Shown: piece by piece, positions 8,792-13,002 of the stretch
Position numbering within the stretch: the first letter of the stretch is position 1
How the letters are laid out: each line of letters opens with the position of its first letter
Assembly: GCA_003166335.1 (NCBI GenBank)
Contig: PMWA01000109.1
Span: 1-13,002, forward strand
Reading direction: 5' to 3'
From: Methanobacterium sp.
GTDB taxonomy: Archaea; Methanobacteriota; Methanobacteria; Methanobacteriales; Methanobacteriaceae
Length of the DNA stretch: 13,002 nucleotides
Made by a program: the position numbers and the translations under genes
Notes under the pieces: generated by a model
Told to the model about the DNA's origin: nothing
Database searches by the model: none
Seen by the model: the letters and a program-made list of their open reading frames with translations, nothing else

Positions 8792-9598
8792 ATGGAAAAA
8801 AATGGTAGATTAATAATAGGTTATGATGGTGTGAAAGAATTGACAATGGAAATTAAGAATGCTTTATTGAAAGAAGGAGCTTCTCTGGTGAAATGCGCTG
8901 ATATCAGAAGTATTCCATTGGAGACCAGGCAATCAATGGATTATGCCATTTCTATTGGTGTGGCATTAAATCCTGATGTAATTAGGGGAGTATGGTTAAA
9001 TGGGCCAACTAAGGAATATTCTTTGGAAAAGGTACGGTTGAATAAGTTATTGAATCACTTGGCAGAGTTTGGGGCGGAACTATTGATAGACCGTGGATAT
9101 AATGCTATTCCGTTGTTGGTGAATGATTCGAAGAATGTGGATAGGCTAACGCAATGTTCTACATTTCAGCATAAAACAGCAGCTACAATGGCGGGAATGG
9201 GTTGGATAGGGAAGTCAGCGTTACTTGTAACTGAGGAATTCGGCCCTGCAGTTAGGATTAATACAATCCTTACTGATGCTGTGCTTGAATGTGGTACTCC
9301 AATTGAGGTTTCTAATTGTGGTGAATGCATGGAATGTATGAAAGCCTGTCCTGGAAAGGCAGTATCCGGTAATCTTTGGGATATTTCAAAGAGTAGAGAT
9401 GATATTGTTAAAGGCAGAGATTACATTTATAATATAATGAATTGCATGCGGTACATGATGAAATGTAATGAAGAATTAGGCATAGATGATTTAGAAGCCG
9501 TGGTTTGTGGTGTCTGTATTGCAGCATGCCCTAGAACCAAACGTTACTGTGAAAGGAATATAGAAATAGTGAATGGTAGTAATAATATTAGTAATTAA
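8792..9598 (+). CDS. Epoxyqueuosine reductase (QueG)-like 4Fe-4S dicluster protein
   Basis: HKTAATMAGMGWIGKSALLVTEEFGPAVRINTILTD, CGECMECMKACP and C...CGVCIAACP. The start could be further downstream (GTG at 8831). Confidence 0.85.
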   Translation: MEKNGRLIIGYDGVKELTMEIKNALLKEGASLVKCADIRSIPLETRQSMDYAISIGVALNPDVIRGVWLNGPTKEYSLEKVRLNKLLNHLAEFGAELLIDRGYNAIPLLVNDSKNVDRLTQCSTFQHKTAATMAGMGWIGKSALLVTEEFGPAVRINTILTDAVLECGTPIEVSNCGECMECMKACPGKAVSGNLWDISKSRDDIVKGRDYIYNIMNCMRYMMKCNEELGIDDLEAVVCGVCIAACPRTKRYCERNIEIVNGSNNISN

Positions 9599-9686
9599 GA
9601 ATTTTTGCAAAAATTCAACATTTCTTTTTGTATCATAAAAAAAATCTGGAAGAAAAATTTACATGCAGATTTCAATTTCTTCCCCA

Positions 9687-9821
9687 ATCACAAATCGGGA
9701 TATTAGAACTATGTTAGATATTTCTGATAATGCTGAATTAGATGAAATAAAAAAATTAATGGATCTTTAAGTTATAAGAAGGGAAGGTGAGGGTAGAAGT
9801 GTTCATTATATTCTTGTTTGA
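9687..9821 (+). pseudogene. C-terminal winged-HTH remnant (Fic-family or RecG-like/AlbA ATPase tail)
   Basis: ITNRDIRTMLDISDNAELDEIKKLMDL*VIRREGEGRSVHYILV* with an internal TAA at 9768-9770. Matches the ITNRD...IS...EIKKL...I..EG.GRS.HY.L wHTH pattern; the upstream gene body is absent. Confidence 0.7.
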
Positions 9822-9823
9822 TA

Positions 9824-9846
9824 GTGATTAGGTTCGTGATTAGGTT
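9824..9846. repeat. 11-bp direct repeat with 12-bp period
   Basis: GTGATTAGGTT-C-GTGATTAGGTT, starting 2 nt after the wHTH remnant's stop codon. Confidence 0.65.
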
Positions 9847-10084
9847 ATAATTATTACCAAATAGAGTAGAACTTTTGCTTTATCGGAGAAAAATAAGAGA
9901 GATAAAAGATGAAAGATTGGTATTGGATATAACCTATTTGGAAGAACATATGCTGTCAGTAGAACTTTTTCTTATGAATATGTGCTTCTCTTCTATTATT
10001 CATACTTTGTGATTTGTTGTAGCATTAAGGAGTAAATATTAAAGTTATATTGGAAAGACATATTATTATGAGGGGTGGATTGTT

Positions 10085-11164
10085 TTGGGTCGCCTTGTTT
10101 GTAAGAACTGTAACGGTTACTATGTATTAAAACCAAATGAACGTGCAAGAGATTTTGAATGTTGTAGTCTTTGTAATGGAAAATTAGAGTACGTCAGAGA
10201 ATCTAAAGAAAAAACTAATTTTAATACATATAAAAATTCTGAATATAATATGCATGTTAAAGACGGCGTTTCATCTGATAAAACTTATAATAAAAAGACA
10301 TCATCTGAATCGAATCATCCTGATTGGGATATTTCAACTGATGTAGATGGTTTGATTAGACGTCAGAAACGTTTAGCTGAAGAAGAGAGGTATTCTAATT
10401 CTTATAAAAAAGGTGTTGTATATAGACACGGAAAGGTTAAGACTAATGTAAAAAGTTTTAAAAAAGGGAAGGGTCGTTCTTATATTGATGAAAAAATATT
10501 TAAGTATAAATTGTTTATGGTTCTTGGTGTAATTGTATTTATGATTGGGATTATTGGAGTGATTTTTTCATTTTTATTATCTTTTTTTGTTTTAGTTGGA
10601 GCATTTATACTCTTTTATGGATATGATAATTCTAAAAGGTGGATAAAAGGGTCTAAGGGAGAAAAGTTAGTAGCAAAACACCTGAAAGTACTACCTAAGG
10701 ATTATTTTGTTTTTAATAATGTATTTCTCCCTGTTAATAGGGGTGATATTGATCATATTGTTGTAGGTACTAATGGAATTTTTGCTATTGAAACTAAAAA
10801 TCTCAGTGGTTGTTTTATCGTAGATGATGATGAATGGTTCTATGAACGTCATTATGAAGTAGTAAGAAGCAGATCACAGCCAGGAAAACAAATAAAAGCC
10901 AATGTTATGATTTTATTAGATTATCTTAATTCGAATGGGGTGAATACTGAGAATTTGTGGATTAATTCTATTGTAGCATTTACTAATCCTAATTTGATTA
11001 TTGAAGAAAGACCTAAACATTATGATATTCTAAGTCCTTCAAAGATTCCAGAATTCATAATCAGTCGGAAAAAAACATTAAATAAAGAGACTTTAAAAAA
11101 AGCTGTTAACTTAATAGAACCATATACAAGAGATTCATCTATAGATAAAATGATTAGGAATTAA
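10085..11164 (+). CDS. NERD (nuclease-related domain) protein with N-terminal zinc ribbon and two central TM helices
   Basis: GAGGGGTG RBS, TTG start. CKNC...CSLC leader; hydrophobic LFMVLGVIVFMIGIIGVIFSFLLSFFVLVGAFILFYG; NERD motifs GSKGEKLV, VFNNVFLP, DIDHIVVGTNGIFAIETKN and PGKQ. Confidence 0.9.
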   Translation: MGRLVCKNCNGYYVLKPNERARDFECCSLCNGKLEYVRESKEKTNFNTYKNSEYNMHVKDGVSSDKTYNKKTSSESNHPDWDISTDVDGLIRRQKRLAEEERYSNSYKKGVVYRHGKVKTNVKSFKKGKGRSYIDEKIFKYKLFMVLGVIVFMIGIIGVIFSFLLSFFVLVGAFILFYGYDNSKRWIKGSKGEKLVAKHLKVLPKDYFVFNNVFLPVNRGDIDHIVVGTNGIFAIETKNLSGCFIVDDDEWFYERHYEVVRSRSQPGKQIKANVMILLDYLNSNGVNTENLWINSIVAFTNPNLIIEERPKHYDILSPSKIPEFIISRKKTLNKETLKKAVNLIEPYTRDSSIDKMIRN

Positions 11165-11265
11165 GATTAATAATAATTACTGATGAATAATATGTTTAAT
11201 TTAAATAAATAGTCATTCAAAATTTATGTTGTTAATCTAATAATAAGAGGGAAACAAGAAAAAAA

Positions 11266-11424
11266 ATGTTAACTAATAAATTATTAGATGATTGTAGGTC
11301 ACGTTGGCATGAATTGAATGAAAGAGATAAAGTTAAATTGAGTTTTAGAGCTGAAGGCACTAAATTCGATGGTTATAGTGCCTTTATGAATGATTGTATT
11401 ACTTTAAAACAAATAAAACATTGA
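11266..11424 (+). CDS. 52-aa hypothetical protein with an HMG-box-like helical motif
   Basis: GAGGG 14 nt upstream of ATG. MLTNKLLDDCRSRWHELNERDKVKLSFRAEGTKFDGYSAFMNDCITLKQIKH*. Confidence 0.5.
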   Translation: MLTNKLLDDCRSRWHELNERDKVKLSFRAEGTKFDGYSAFMNDCITLKQIKH

Positions 11425-11516
11425 AAAGAATGTTAAAATTAGTATTGGTAATTCTAAGAATCAGATGAGATGGTTAGGATTATTTATGGGTAAACCATAA
11501 AAAGAATTGACTACAT

Positions 11517-12545
11517 TTATGTTATTTTTGCTATGTTGCCCATGATTGCGGCTTTGAGTACTACACCATTGACGGGTATAGTAGTTCTGCGACCGTCTTT
11601 GTTGATTGTTAAGGTGGTTTTATCAGTGCCTGTATAGTATTCTGTTTTTTGTTTGTTTTCTCTTTGTGAACCTATACCATCCTTGTAAGGTTCTATAGCT
11701 ACTATTTTCGTTAAATCTATATTGGTGGTTCTTTTAGAACCTATAAATATTAATCTTTTATTTGTAAGTACAAGAGTTCCCTGGTCTATGTTTTTAAGTT
11801 CTTCATGGGATTCGCTTCGTGCTGAAACAGCACCTAATCTGAAAGAAACACCTTTAGCCATTCTGAAAGTGGGTCCTCCATAACCTCCTACTGTTTGCCT
11901 TACAGCTCTAGGTTCACGGAGGGTAATATTATGCATAATTAGGGATGTTTCTTCATTTCTTTTAAGAATGATAGGAGAGTTCGTATTGCTATTGATTTTT
12001 GCAATGCCTTTTTGAAGTCCATTAATGAATTCATTAATGTCTCTATTTTTGACTGCTTCTGCTTCTTTTATTTCTCTTTGTCTTTTAATTTCATCAATTT
12101 TTCTTTGTTCCGCGTCAGAGACACCTCCACCTGCTATACGAGTCCATTCATCTACGGTGAGAGTTTGACCTTTGTATTCCTGCCAGTTTTCATAGTTTGT
12201 ATGGGAAATATGGGTTAGCTTATATTTTTCGCCTTTTGGTTCAAATTCTGCTCCACAATTATCACATTTAAAGATTCTTTTAGTACCTAAACCTAGAGCT
12301 CCCTTATGAACAATAGAGTTTAGTAATCCAGTTTTACAAACGGGACAATCAGGTTTATTACTATTATCATTGTTGGATGATAATTTTGCTCCGCAATCTA
12401 AACAGAATTTAGCATTAACCGGATTGTTATGACCACATTCAGGGCAAATCATTTTATTATCAGCTGTTTCTAATTTACCCCCGCATTCTTCGCAAAATTT
12501 AGCGTTTACAGGATTTTCTGTGCCACAATTAGAACAAGTAACCAT
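11517..12545 (-). CDS. Zinc-ribbon protein (double zinc ribbon plus a third ribbon) with C-terminal PH-like domain
   Basis: CSNC..CEEC, CPEC..CLDC and CPVC..CDNC; a charged helical linker; then ILKRNEE, YGGPTFRMAKGVSFRLG and DQGTLVLTNKRLIFIGSKRTTNIDLTKIVAIEPYKDGI, typical of prokaryotic PH-like domains. Confidence 0.85.
   Translation of the reverse strand: MVTCSNCGTENPVNAKFCEECGGKLETADNKMICPECGHNNPVNAKFCLDCGAKLSSNNDNSNKPDCPVCKTGLLNSIVHKGALGLGTKRIFKCDNCGAEFEPKGEKYKLTHISHTNYENWQEYKGQTLTVDEWTRIAGGGVSDAEQRKIDEIKRQREIKEAEAVKNRDINEFINGLQKGIAKINSNTNSPIILKRNEETSLIMHNITLREPRAVRQTVGGYGGPTFRMAKGVSFRLGAVSARSESHEELKNIDQGTLVLTNKRLIFIGSKRTTNIDLTKIVAIEPYKDGIGSQRENKQKTEYYTGTDKTTLTINKDGRRTTIPVNGVVLKAAIMGNIAKIT
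12381..12536 (-). repeat. Internal duplication (90-nt period) encoding two zinc ribbons
   Basis: CSNCGTENPVNAKFCEECGGKL vs CPECGHNNPVNAKFCLDCGAKL; NPVNAKFC is identical. Confidence 0.8.
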
Positions 12546-13002
12546 TTTAAAAACACATTAAAATTTTTTTATTATTTCTAAATTATTATTTAATTTTTTT
12601 CATATTTACTGTTTCTTTATGAAATCATATCCATCTTTACTTATAAATTTTCCAATTTGACATTTAGGACATTCAATTGATTATATTATTTTGTTCAGTT
12701 AATAATAATTTAGTATTTACTGACATTCTCCTTAAAAAAACATTTTAGAAAATAAAAAAAGTTTAAGTGCTGAGGGAGAATTTAAATGCTTTAGAATGAT
12801 TCCGATTGGATGGTATGGAATAACTCTTTAAGAACTTTTAATTGATTTACAAGTAATTGATAGTTGTCTGAGAGATTTTGCTTATCGAAAAAAACATTTA
12901 ACGTAAACATATATAATTATATTATCAATTAGGAAGGAAAATTTATGTAAGTTAAATATAAATTTGTTATATTTTTTAGTAAATTAATCTGGGGATGTGG
13001 GG

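Noticed and set aside
691..9770. Stop-codon reassignment or read-through to explain in-frame TAA/TAG (691, 1272, 2739, 9768)
   Set aside because: Intact genes in the window end normally at TAA, and most affected genes also carry frameshifts or truncations. Nonsense mutation is the simpler explanation.
12012..12218. 68-aa plus-strand ORF
   Set aside because: Antisense to the Zn-ribbon/PH gene.
1..13002. CRISPR array, IS element, integrase, rRNA or complete tRNA
   Set aside because: By eye, no regularly spaced 25-40 bp repeats, transposase or recombinase motifs, or GC-rich structured RNA segments were found.

Overview
AT-rich accessory region, most likely from a Methanobacteriaceae archaeon (Methanobacterium-like). 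This is inferred from GGTG(A)/GAGG ribosome-binding sites, GTG/TTG starts, an archaeal MCM-type winged-helix domain and an MG-x-L-x-CxxC-xx-YY zinc-ribbon leader. Apparently intact genes: a DUF998-like membrane protein (cut by the window edge), a 47-aa zinc-finger microprotein, a VOC/glyoxalase, a Zn-ribbon membrane protein, a CPA1 cation/H+ antiporter, a multi-TM hypothetical protein, a QueG-like 2x[4Fe-4S] protein, a Zn-ribbon/TM/NERD nuclease, a 52-aa HMG-like ORF and a triple Zn-ribbon/PH-like protein. Decayed genes missed by the ORF track lie between them: two paralogous AI-2E transporter pseudogenes (one fused in frame to an unrelated ATPase-like C-terminus), a frameshifted hypothetical gene, a wHTH tail, and a gene joining an unrecognised domain to a stand-alone MCM C-terminal winged helix across one in-frame TAA. 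No rRNA, complete tRNA, CRISPR array, transposase or integrase was seen. All family assignments come from recognising motifs by eye; no database search was run.
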